DNA of 54,589 nucleotides, taken from Phyllobates terribilis (taxonomy: Eukaryota). Below are positions 24,401 through 36,800 of this stretch, one piece after another. Below the pieces are notes generated by a model that had not been told where the DNA came from, searched no databases, and saw nothing but the letters and a program-made list of their open reading frames with translations. The stretch spans positions 1 through 54,589 of the forward strand of contig NW_027367824.1 in assembly GCF_046119375.1 (NCBI RefSeq), written 5' to 3'. The number at the start of each line of letters is the position of its first letter. Within the stretch, counting starts at the first letter, position 1. The translations under genes and the position numbers were made by a program.

Positions 24401-26514
24401 TCAATATGGATAAGGCACATCCTTTGAGTTCACCCATGGATGTTCGATCCCTTAGTGTTGATAAGGGCCAGTTTCACCCTCAAGAAGAGGACGAAGAAGT
24501 CCTCGGTCCTGAAGTACCATACATTATTCAATTGGTGCTTTAATGTATTTAACTAACAATACAAGACCAGATATTGTTTTTGCGATGAATCTTTTATCCA
24601 GGTTTAGTTCCACTCCTACAAGGAGGCATTGGAATGGGATCAAACACATATTTCGCTATTTAGGGGGACACATGATCTGGGGTTGTTCTACCGTGCTCAA
24701 GAGATGTCACGGTGGTCGGATATGCAGATGCAGGATATTTATCTGAATAAAGCCAAGTCACAAAATGGTTATGTGTTCCCCCCACATATGGAGTCACAAC
24801 CATATCATGGAGATCAAATTAGCAAACGGTGACTACAACATCATCAAATCAAGCAGAGTTGATTGCACTTTACGAGGCAGGAAGAGGATATGTGGCATTA
24901 CGAGCAATGATCACATTCATCCAGAAGGAATGTGGAGTGAGGCCTATCACCAACGGGCCAACGATGATCTATGAAGACAACTCAGCATGCGTTGCTCAGA
25001 TGAAGAAAGGGTATATCAAAGGAGATCGTACAAAACACATTTTACCCAAATTCTTCTCTACTCATGAATTGGACGAAGCTGGAGAAATCAAAGTTCAACA
25101 GATCTGGACGAATGATAATTTGGCTGATATGTTTACAAAGTCATTAACTCCCAAGAAGTTTGCAGAACTAGTATCAAGGATTGGAATGTGCAGACTCAGA
25201 GACACCCATTGATCTCATGGGGAGCTTCATGCGCGCTGCACTCTTTTTCCCTTCGATCAAGTTTTTTTTTCTCCCACAAGGTTTTTGCCTGACGAGGTTT
25301 TTAATGAGGCAGCATCAAGGCATATAACGGGATTCACAGTTGTACTATTTTTCCTTCGATCATGTTTTTATCCCACCGGGGTTTTCCTAACAAGGTTTTA
25401 ACGAGGCAACACTCATCCATATCCTGCAATAGTTCAAAGGTGAATATTCAAGGGGGGTGTTATGAATTGAAATTTCTACAAATGTAAAAATTATATCAAC
25501 CACAACTTTATCTAGATGTTTGATGAACAATTGCATGATTGTAGTAGATATGAAATTTGTAGTAGATATTCTAATGGTGAATTATTCACCTACGAATTTT
25601 ATGGGATTAACTTAAATTTTGTCTCCCCTATTTTGCCTATAAATAAAGGCATTTTCTAGTGTAAATGGCACACCAAAATAAGAGTAAGAATACTCATCTA
25701 AATTTTCTTGATCTCTCCCTTTCTCTTTCACAATTTAAAGTTATTTTAGTTGTCCTTTAAGTAAGACTAAGACATCTTGTCTTACTAATCTAAGTCTTAG
25801 ATTAAGACACTTTGTCTTACTCGTTTATAACAGATACATTAATCTCATTCATCGACTCACCAATATTTTTGTTATCACCAAAAAAGGAAAAGGCTAGAGT
25901 GGATTTTGAATAAGTGAAAGAAGTTTTTCATATTTCTATGATGTGTATTGGATTGAATTCGACCCTATTCAAAATCGGATTACTCCGAAATTCCGGATTA
26001 AACTATGCTTAATCTGAAATCCGATATAAAATGTCAGATCGGGTTCAGTACAAAAATCCGAAATTAAAAAATGCATCTACATAAATAGCTAATCTCTTTA
26101 CAATCCTTTCTTTTAAAGATTATTAAATTGAACCAAATAGATTAGAAAGACACTTTGATTAGTCTTTTATACCGATCTATTTTAGTAATACATTAATGGA
26201 GATAACCCCGATTTGATATGAACCTCATTTTTCAAAAGGACGGTGGTAAAGAAGTGGTGGGCCTGGTGGCCGACTAGCCGGTGGAAGAGGGTGTGATGTG
26301 GTGTTGGAATGGAGGATGCGAAACTCAAAAGTTGGAACTCGGAGTGGTGGCCAGTGGGGAGAGACACCTTCGGTGATGCACTTGTGCTTGGTAGGAGACC
26401 CCGTTGCACTGGCCGTCGTTGAAGGGACTAGGGAACGCTGGAGTACGAGATTCGATTTTGAAAGGATAGGTGGAGGTCTCGGGGAAGGAGGCGAGATTGA
26501 AAAATGGAAATTAG

Positions 26515-28415
26515 TTTTCTTTGTTTAAAGAAAGACGGTGCTCTCCGTACGTGTTAATTAGAAAAACAAAAGTGGGTTACAACAAAATCAAACACTAAAA
26601 TCCTCGTCCATCAGCCCCAGAACATCCTCTGGCACCGAATCCAAAATAAAAATGGCAAGAGGATAAGAAAAAGCAATAGAAGCCAACGAGTCCGCAACTT
26701 TGTTGGATTCTCATAACACATGACGAAACTGGCATTGTCAATCCCTACTAATTAAGCATGTAGCAAGCGCGCAACAAGACTGGATAGTGGATGACAACTA
26801 TCCATAGGTTTGCGTAGTAACAGAGTCGCTAACAGCGGATATGTAAACCATCCTGATACCAAGGTTCCAAGCGAGGGCAACTCCACTAATAATGCCCTAG
26901 AACTCAACCATGGGTACAGAGAAAGAGCTCACATTGTGAATGAAGCCTCCCACCCAAGCACCCGCGGAGTCCCTAATAATACCTGATGTAGCCGCTCTTC
27001 CATCTCACACCGCCCCGTCCGTATTGAGCTTGACCCATCCATATGACTTGGATAATAGACAAACTTCTCTCCAAATATGAATCTCTAGACTTGGCCACGA
27101 GCCTGAATTCTTCATACTCCCCCTAGATGAAAGCCGACTTGTCTCCACCTAAATCTTCCTTTTCAAATCACCACCAATTATGCCATTTTCATATTGTCCA
27201 AAGTGCCATAGAAAACAGCTCCGACCATCGGTCTTCCTCAGATCTTCTGAACAAAATATTCTCCCTGAGCCACCGGTGTTCTCCCAGCTCAAAAAAACGC
27301 ACCCGTTGTGTTTGGTCACCTTGTAGTCCCGGAAAAGATGTAGCACTGTCTCCGCCAGCCCTGGGCACCTCGCACACTGATCCGATCTAGCAATATATCT
27401 TTGCTTCCTCTCCGCGTTAGTGAGCACCACACCCTGAATCAAGAGACACAAGAAGGATTTGACTCTTTCCTGCACAACCAACTTCCATAACAATTTGAAA
27501 ATAATAAAATATTTATTAAGCTCATTACCATCATGGAGTAGCAACTTGTAAGCCGACGCAACTGAGTAGATGTTGTTGGACGCATTGTCCCATGTAATGC
27601 AATCGGACCTCCGTAACTTAGCAACCTGGAGTGGCGCTACACGCAAAAGCACCTCAAGTGGCAGAAATTGACCAAAACTCTCCCACCTCCACCCAAAGCC
27701 GGCGACCGAAATTCACTAACAGTCCTTTCAAGTTGATCCTCGGGAATGGAGACCACAACATGATCCTTGAGACACTCTCCGGAAACTCAGACATCTCTCC
27801 AAAAATGGATAAGCCTCCTGTCACCAACAAGCCAACTCACCACTTTGCACACCATAGAGTCGACTCCCCTTTTAATATCTCTCCACACCGGGGAAGGGTC
27901 CGTCCTTTTCAACAAGAGAAGGCCAAATATACTTCTTCATCACTTTAGCTCAAAGCTCATCCCTTAAATGAAGAAACCTCCAAGCTAATTTCCCTGTTAA
28001 GAGCTAAGTTGAGTTCCTCCATCCTCTTGACGTTAAGACCTCCGAATTCTTTCAGTCAAGTAATGGTCTCGCAACTAACTAAATGCGACTTGTGAACATT
28101 CTCGGACCCGCCCCAAATAAAGGAGAGAGTAAGCTTGTCAATCCATTTTCAATTCGAATCAAGGAAAGGAAGCGTCGCCATAGAGTACACCAGCATCGAA
28201 GACAATGCCGATTTGGCTAGAGTGATTCTCCCGACAAAGCTGAGGTGTTCGCTTCTCCAACCAAAAAGCTTACCATTGATTTTATCAAGTAAGGAGTTGA
28301 AAGTGGCCTTCCTGGTAGATTTGTGAAGAAGAGGGATCCCGAGGTAACACACCAAATCCTCCTTGACCTCATCACGTATGTACCTAATGGCCAGACGTGA
28401 CAAATGAGTCTTGAT
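26515..28415 (-). mobile_element. Second, older L1-type LINE fragment (RT end, zf-RVT, RNase H-like)
   Basis: Minus-strand remnants YLGIPLLH, LSFVGRITLAKSAL, RVKSFLCLL, CARC...ETVLHLFRD and WVKLNTDGAV, with many stops and frameshifts. Ends are approximate. Confidence 0.8.
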
Positions 28416-28544
28416 CGTCACGCGACGAGAGAGGCTGATGTGCCCGTCACGAAGCCCATGGGGTTTGCTCGTGATGGCTGGACCATGGTTGGCTCGTGAC
28501 GTGGAGAGATAAATTATGTATGGAGGTGTTTTATGGGTTCGTAA

Positions 28545-28865
28545 GTATTTTTATTGGTTCGTAAGTATTTTTATTGGTTCTAAATGGTTATTTATACCTT
28601 TTTCTGATATTTTTTACAAGAAAATCACATAAAATCATGATGTTAGGCTTTATAGGGTTGTAAGCCGTTTGACAGGATGAAAACGTTGTTTAAATGAATG
28701 AAATAGGTGTTTTAGGGGTTCGCAAGTATTTTTATTGGTTCTAAATGGTTATTTATGCCTTTTTATGATATTTTTGACAAGAAAATCACATAAAATCATG
28801 ATGTTAGGCTTTATAGGGTTGTAAGTGCATTCAACAGGATGAAAACGTTGTATAAGTGAACGAAA
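28545..28865. repeat. Two-copy tandem duplication, ~160-bp period
   Basis: ATTGGTTCTAAATGG...CAAGAAAATCACATAAAATCATGATGTTAGGCTTTATAGGGTTGTAAG...CAGGATGAAAACGTTG starts at 28573 and again at 28734. Confidence 0.85.
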
Positions 28866-29259
28866 GATTTTGTATTCATTGTTAATGGTTGTAATGACCT
28901 ATTTGAGATGTTGTGACATAATATATGACATAAAATCATCACCCTATTGATATTTGGTACGTAACTCACTTCGTCTAGACTTTTAGGATTTATTTGTTTG
29001 TCCTATTAGTATGAAACTTGTTTTGAATACATACATATGAAAATGCAAAGTAGCAAGCCTCCATGTGTCTGAAATTCACAATTGGTTTTCTGAAATTCAC
29101 AGTTGGTTACAACTTGTTTACACCCACAATGGATAGAAGATGGATACATCACATATACAGTTGTCTTGCAGAAGCACATTTTTTCTATAAAAGAGTCTTT
29201 GTTAGGAAATGTTTTCTACACCCACAAGCCCTATTTCACAACCCTCACACTAATAGTAG

Positions 29260-29560
29260 ATGGATTCTTCATCATCCTCATCAGTCATAACGAATAAAGT
29301 GTGTTATTGTGGTTTTCCTTCAGTGCAACTAACCGTGAAGGGCCGGTGGAACTTTAGTAGAAGGTTTTGGGGGTGTCCAGAATTCGGAACATATGATGTG
29401 AAGAAACCAAATAACAAAGGAGGTTGTAATTATACAGAATAGATTGATCCACTATTCAATGAGTGAGCACAAGAGGTTATTGATGAACTACGGAAAGAGA
29501 GAAATGCGTTAAGTGAGCAGAATGAATGTCTTATGAGGTTTAATTTTAAGGATAAAAAAG
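29260..29560 (+). pseudogene. GRF-type zinc-finger plus coiled-coil pseudogene (TE-associated type)
   Basis: MDSSSSSS...CYCG...SRRFWGC...GGCNYTE*ID...E*AQEVIDELRKERNAL. Stops at 29440-29442 and 29464-29466 lie where Trp and Arg are usual. Confidence 0.7.
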
Positions 29561-32500
29561 ATATTAAATATTTATATGAAGTTAGAGCGGTTAGAGACAT
29601 AAGGCGTCTTAGAGATCCTAACCCATGATTTCACTTTTTTATGAAACTTTGTCGGGAACATGCGACTTTGTCCTGGGAGAGATATAGAAAGAAGAATCAT
29701 CTTATTTAGAATTAATATAATGTTATTTGAACAATGATTAATCAGACAACGTGTAACATTAATTATCTTGATTTTGTGATCCCTATTTAGTTTCATGGTA
29801 AGTGATTAAGAAAATTTGTGTATTATTAATAAGACTAGAAGTTTTACACAACCAACGTACTCATTAACAACTTAAAAATGAAAACTTAGATGACCATTAA
29901 GAAACAACACACTTAACAGTAAAGATAGAAAATCCCACAAGGAAACACAACGAAGCCCATTAAACCCACACTGGGCCAACAATGTCTAATCCGGGAAATG
30001 GGCTTATAACTAGGCCCTAATTTGAAGACTCTCATCAAGTTATTCTTGGATTTCGAAATGCATTTGGTCCCTAGTGTAGTGTAGCTATCACATATGTGAC
30101 CTTACCATTCAGTCTTTTACAGGCTTTGCAACTTAAGACCCGGGGCATTGTCTCCTCTCATCATGAGAGAGATATTAAAAATTGCATGTGAGTTGTATTG
30201 TAACTGAATCCTTCTCTCCCTCCAACTTGAACTATAAATACAGTGGTTTATGGAAGGGCAAACTCATCCCAAAACATCTATTCCCTTGTTCATTTTGGAG
30301 TGTGATGCATTTTGCAAGGGAGTCTCTCAGGTATCGTCGTGATGGTATGATTTTCCACTATTACTATACTTACGACAAACCGCAATGGCAACGACATGCG
30401 TCCAATTCCAACATGGACGACACCAACCATTGAGCATGAGTTCTATGGTGTTCCTCAAATAGAGGAAAATTTTTATTATATGATGACTTATAACAATCTT
30501 TATAAACTACAACATTAAAAAATCATCTTGTTCAACAGGAAACTGAAGCAACATATGACTTCAATCATCATGAAGATGATGCTCTGCTTGTTTATACTGT
30601 ACTAAATTCAAACGAATCCAGGATGCACGGATCTAGAGTGGGACGTTATATCTAAATAGTGGAACAAGGCAACAAGATTGGGGAAAGACCCAGGGGTGTT
30701 GAAGTTATGGTTTAACGTGCTGAAACAACTGTTTGCGGAATGGACAAGGTTTGAAAGGGATTTTCCTGGTCCCCACCATCCTATTCATGATGATGAATGG
30801 TGGAAAAAAACTTGTCTCTCGGAGAAATTCAGGGGTCGTCCCATGGCATCCAACACGTTTCAGCTCCTAGCTTGAGTCCCAGCCAACTTCATGGGTTGAA
30901 CGTCACATTTGGCAATTACATGGCGAAGATTAGTCTTCTATTGTTGTGTTGTGTTCTAGTTATTTCTTTATGTATCATGTAACATTATTTATCTTAAATT
31001 CTGTAACCTTATTAAGTTTATGTTGGTCTTATGTATCGTGCAATGTTGTTTATCTAAATGGATCTTTCGTTTATTGTTTGTGATATGTTGACTTGTTGAA
31101 TCTGGGCCCAAATATTCTATTTCGGCGAAACTTGGCCCATGTAGACAAAAACTGACATGTTTGTGGACTTATAATTGTTTTGCCCTTTGAAACTTTCTTG
31201 GGTCAAGTCCATATAGTGTTCAAAGCCCAACACCAGGCGTGTCACGTCTCGTGCCAGACTGGCTCGTCACGAGCGGGGCTGTGGTCATTCGTCACGGGCC
31301 GAAGGCTATTCTAGAACCTCAGAATTAGGTTGTCTTATCAAGCCCATACTTATTTTTGATGTAACAATGGCTCGGAACTGCATTGCACAGACCAACTTTC
31401 CATAGTTTGACCACTTACACACTCTTCCTTCAACCACATATCCTTGTTCCCTTACTTATACACCCTTCCTTCACCATCTTTATTCAAATATTATATTCAC
31501 TCCTTCTTCCCCTACTTATACACCCTTCCATAGCTCTTCCTTCCCATCTTTCTCAAAAAAAAATTGAAGAAGTTTTTCTATCAAAGTTCAAGAAAATGTC
31601 AATTGAAATGGTAGAAGATGTAGATGATGATAATCAAATCATTGCCATCATGAAGAACAAATGGTAGATGGTGTTAAACCAAATGCATTCTATCAAAATG
31701 AAGGAAATTTGTCTCAAAATTATAAAAATGAGGTTAGTTTCAAGTCAAATATGATAATGTATAGTTCAAACAATCATCATGTTAAATTTTGAATAGATAA
31801 GTCTGATGTCATAGTAACACGTATGTTTTATTTTGCATTATGTGGTAGAACAAGTTAGTTTCAAGTCAATTTATTTATTATGATAATGATATATATGTTT
31901 TATGTTGCATTATGTGATACAATAAGATAGTTTGATGTTGTAGTTGGATTGAAAATATGATATTATAGTTATGGTCATGTAGAAACTACACATATCCAAC
32001 AAAGATAATTAACTGCATTTTAACATTAATTTTGTAGTTCTAACTTTACACAAATGAAGATATAAGAATATAAGTGATGCTGTAATTCAAACATTATATG
32101 TAGTTTGATTAAGAAGTTAGATGCGTATAGTGTCTATTTTTAATACTATCTAGATAGCACCAGACACATATCCATCATATGGCTCGTACAATACTGGAAA
32201 TCATTTTTATGGACAAGCATACGTTCCTGACTCGTATCCAAGCCTAGATCAGATACCGGTCTCATTTTGTGTTTGGATGCACTCCAACAACAACAATCTT
32301 CTGAATACACCGTCATTCCAAATAAAACCTCTAATTGATCCATTCGATTTGTCAATTCTTAAATTCAGTCTTGGCATACTCTTGGATAAAGAAGACAGTC
32401 CTCCTAAGCACACTTTTTGGCCAAATAAACCATGTCATAGTACTCCAGATGCAGATACATCTATGCAACCAAATTATAGTCAGGTTCGCAAATGTGGGGA

Positions 32501-33807
32501 TGGCCACCCCTGTACACACTGCAAAGAAGGAGGTTTGGAGGTGGCTAAAATGGAATTGAGGGTTTTGGGCCGGTTTTTGGCTTTTATACGCCAAAAGCCG
32601 CGCCTCGTCACGAGCGGCCCGTAATCGCTTCGTTATGAGGCGTTGCATATGCGCTCGTGATGAGCCAGTAAATGAGGATTTGTGACGAGTGCGCCATTAA
32701 CCGCGGTGTGACGAGCGCATCTACAGTGACTCCTGATGAACCGGTCCTTGACCATTCGTGACGAGCGAGGGTGCGACAGTTAGTGAAAAGTGTTATGTGA
32801 CGTAGAAAGGGGATTATAACCCTAATTCCCCTTTAGTGATCACCTATCATAGAAAGGGAACTATGTGCCACAATGGAGAAACGAAGGTGGTCGGCGTTCT
32901 TCACCACAGGTAGGCTCCGATTCTACAAGTTAAGACATATTAGCACATTGTTAGAGTTCTTTAGTTTTGATGTTGACAAATCGCTTACTAACTTGTTTAC
33001 CTGAGTGTTACTTGCAGTTACTATTTTAGGGAAGCTTCCCTATTGGGAAACTTTCCTTAACAGGTAAGAGACTTCAAAAAGGGAATCAATCAACCATATT
33101 ATTAAGGAAGGAAGTATGGGCCGAGAGATATGAGACAATAATGGATTAAACATTTAAGATTCAGATTAATCAAATAAAGAAGCAAATCTTAAGGTGTTAA
33201 GATTTGATTTTGAAGAAGATCTTGAAAGAGATATTATGGAGGTTTTTCTCAAGGAAGAAAAAGAAGAAAATCAAGAAAAGATTAAGAAGTCGTCCAGTTA
33301 GGAAAAGAATCATGAGAGATGATTTTATTTGAAGATTTGGTCAAACAATATGGCAATAAATATATTGCATATCTTGCTCAAGGAAGATACGCCGCTTTTG
33401 GCCTATGAAAGGATTCGTCTTCTACAATGAAGAGAAGGGTTGAACGACTGAAGAAAAACACAATATACTGGGTTAAGAGAGCCACACATCTGTAGGGTTG
33501 AGTTTGGGTACGAGTGAGAAGAGAGATTTGATAACTCTGAGTTCTCTATTTGTAACAAACAAGAAATCCAATAAGAAGAGTGTGTGATTTTCAAATCCTT
33601 CTAGTGAAGAACTAGAAGGTAGCGGTTTCACTCAATACTAGTTTTGTATTGAGGTTTCCACTCTAAATATTGTGTCAAACTTTTACGAATTTTTTATTCC
33701 GCTGCGTGACGCTCAGGGAAGTGACAGTCGCTTCCCTCGTCGCTTACGTCACAACGATCCAACAATTGGTATCAGAGCGAGGTTCTTGTTGTGACTGAAT
33801 TCAAGAA

Positions 33808-36800
33808 ATGGCCTCAAGCAACTCAATCAATGATTCCTTCTAGAAGCCTCCAACACTCAAGAATGGAGAGTATGACTGGTGGGTGGAACAATTTGAATCC
33901 CACATTTGTGTTCTTCACGGACAATTATGGAAGATATTTGAGTTCGGAGATGAAAAGATCTGGGTCGATGCAACTACAAAGTTGGCTATAAAGGAGAGGA
34001 AATATTACTCAAACGCAGACTACAAGACTCTCGAACTCAACATGAGGGCAGAGAAACTCCTACACATGGCTCTTGGTCCTTCGGATCTAAGGAAGGTTCT
34101 TCGCTGCAAAACGGCGAATGACATATGGGAGGCACTCAAGAGAATGTACGGAGGAAACGATGATGTGAAGAAAAATAGAATTCTTGCTGTACAAAAGGAT
34201 TATGACAACGTGGCACAATATAAAGGTGAATCCTTAGAAGACTTTCACTCCAGATTCCAAACCTATGTTGGACAACTAGAATTTCTTGGAGAAGTTCTTC
34301 CTGATTGGAAAATCACACATCAGTTCCTTCAGGCCTTGAATTCCAAGTGGGACTCAATAGCTCTTGCCCTACAAGCTCAGAATGACATCAAGTCAATCAC
34401 ACTGGAAGACTTAGTAGCCCGACTACAAAGCAACACTGGAGTTCAACTAAGGAAAACTGCTCGACGGGAAAGAGAAAAGAGCCAAAACATAGCTCTCAAG
34501 ATTGAGAAAGCTTTCGACCGGGCTCAAATGGAAGGAGGAATTGAAGACGAAGATGAGGACATTGCTCTGATTACAAGAACTTTCAAGAAAGTATTGAAAG
34601 GGAACAAAGATATTCAACGCTCATCGGAGGGAAGTAACAAAAATCTCAAGGAAGTGATGTGCTATCACTGCTAAAAGAAAGGACACTTTGCAAGAAACTG
34701 CTTCAAAAAGAAGGATGGAGAACCTCCAGTGCAAACAAGGAAAACCGCAATGGTGGCAACCTGGGGGGACTCTGACTCTAACGAGGACGCCTCCCTCGTT
34801 TCTGGTGAACTATACTTAATGGAAAACGAGGATGCTTCTGATGATGAGGTAACTGAATCTATTGTCATCTCTAAATTAAAAGGAAAAACTAAAGAGCATC
34901 TAATAGGCATTATTAGAAAACTTGAAACTAAAATTGCTAATTTGAATGAATCCCTCGAGGAAAGGGAGGAAATTGTCTCAAATCTGCTCGAAGACAATCA
35001 TGGTTGGGCAGAAAGGGTGAAAAACCTGGAGAAAGTTTCCTCTGTGACTTCGGAGAAATGAAAAATATGTCCTATACTAGAAGAAAGAATTGATTCTATC
35101 ACTAAAAACACAAAGGGCCTAGAAATTGATAGGGAAGTGACTAGGAAATTGATAGGGAAGTGACTAGGAAAGTGATAGAGGGATTCATTCAAAATTGCTA
35201 ATTTGAATGAATCCCTCGAGGAAAGGGAGGAAACTGTCTCAAATCTGCTCGAAGACAATCATGGTTGGGCAGAAAAGGTGAAAAACCTGGAGAAAATTTC
35301 CTCCGCGACTTCGGAGAAATGCAAAATCTGTCCTATACTAGAAGAAAGAATTGATTCTATCACTAAAAACATAAAGGGCCTAGAAATTGATAGGGAAGTG
35401 ACTAGGAAAGTGATAGAGGACCTTAAGAAAGATGAAGAAGAAAATAAAGAGGCATGGAAAAATGAATTCACTATAGAAAAGGCAAATAAATTAAAAGAGG
35501 ATTTTGCTAAGAGATTCACTCCAAAATGTGGCATAGGATACGTTGAGACTGCCACAGGTAAGGGTAAGGTAAGTGACTCGAATACGGAGGTTAAACCTTC
35601 AATTCCAAAGGATCAGTGTAATAGCCCCAACACTGGGTGCAATCACTGTATTTCTAAGGATAAATGAGAATCCCCCTTACCTGAACTGAATAACCGGTTT
35701 AATGGTCAAAAGGCTTATGCAATGTGGATTAAGCAATTCGAGAATGAAAAACCGAATCATATAGACTTTGAGGCTAGGAAAAATAATAAGACCATTTGGC
35801 CTAGTCAAAGTAGATATGTTAATCTAAAATGTCATAGGATATGTTGGCACTGTGGGAAAGATGGACATTATAAACATGAATGCTACTCTAGGATTAGAAT
35901 GCTACAAAAGGTTTACAAGTCTTCTAATGAACGTCAAAATATTCCCGAGGCTAAGTAAAAAACAAATAAACAAGTAAAGGTGATTAAGCATGAGAATGCT
36001 TCCCCTAAACCCGATAAGCCTAAGCTTATTTGGGTTCGTAAGAACTAATGCTTTATATGCAGGGGAAAGTGAGGAAGAGTTCCTGGTACATAGATAGTGC
36101 ATGCTCAGGGCATATGAAGGGAAACAGGAACTGGTTCAACTCACTTAAGGAAGACTCTGGAGCCTCAATCACATTCGGAAACGAGAGCAAAGGAGAGGTA
36201 ATTGGTACAGGACAAGTAGGTATTTCTGAACATGTCACTGTGGAGAAAGTGAACCTGGTAAACAACCTAAAATTCGATCTTCTAAGCGTAGCTAAGCTAT
36301 GCCTTGGAGGAAAAAATGAGGTTATCTTCACTATTAAGGACTGCATTGTGAGAAATGTTGAAACTGGAAAGATTGTGTTGAAAGGACTATGTGATGGGAA
36401 AGTCTACAGGGTTGATCCCTCATTTATCCTGACAGGGAAGTGTGTCTCGCTTCCCTGAAGGAAGATTCTGACATGTGGCACAAAAGATTCGGACACACAA
36501 GTCTCCGACTCTTTTCAAAACTTCACTCAAAAGAGTTTGTGGAAGGATTACCCAAAGTTGAAGCTCAAAATGGTCAGGTATGTAGTGCATGCATAAGAGG
36601 TAAGAAATCAAGGATATCCTTTAAATCCAAAATGGAGGTAAGTACTCTCAAACCTCTTGATCTTATTCATATGGATCTGTGTGGACCCATGCGCACCTTG
36701 ATCCGTGGTGGAAACAAATATGTGTTTGTTATTGTTGATGACTTCTCCAGGTATACGTTGACTATCTTTCTTTCAACAAAGGAAGATGTATTCTCAGATT

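Larger units (their letters stand above)
19050..25832 (+). mobile_element. Ty1/copia LTR retrotransposon, Bianca-like lineage, degenerate
   Basis: LTRs at 19050-~19422 (3' end and PBS deleted) and 25458-25832 (TG...CA). PPT AGGGGGG at 25451-25457; TSD GACAC/GATAC. Domain order gag, PR (LLDSATTH), INT, RT (FGPVVHTPNGVKPVGYKWV), RH (NLADMFTKSL). The pol region has multiple stops and frameshifts. Confidence 0.9.

Noticed and set aside
25940-26075. ATCCGA-rich segment as a hAT or MITE remnant
   Set aside because: No TIRs or TSD identifiable.
32485-32540. RKCGDGHPCTHCKEG resembling half of a fungal Zn2Cys6 motif
   Set aside because: Only three Cys are present and the first half of the motif is absent; most likely chance.
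32831-32838. CTTTAGTG as the right TIR of a second CACTA
   Set aside because: No corresponding left CACTA terminus or verifiable TSD was found; kept only as a hint in the unclassified-block finding.
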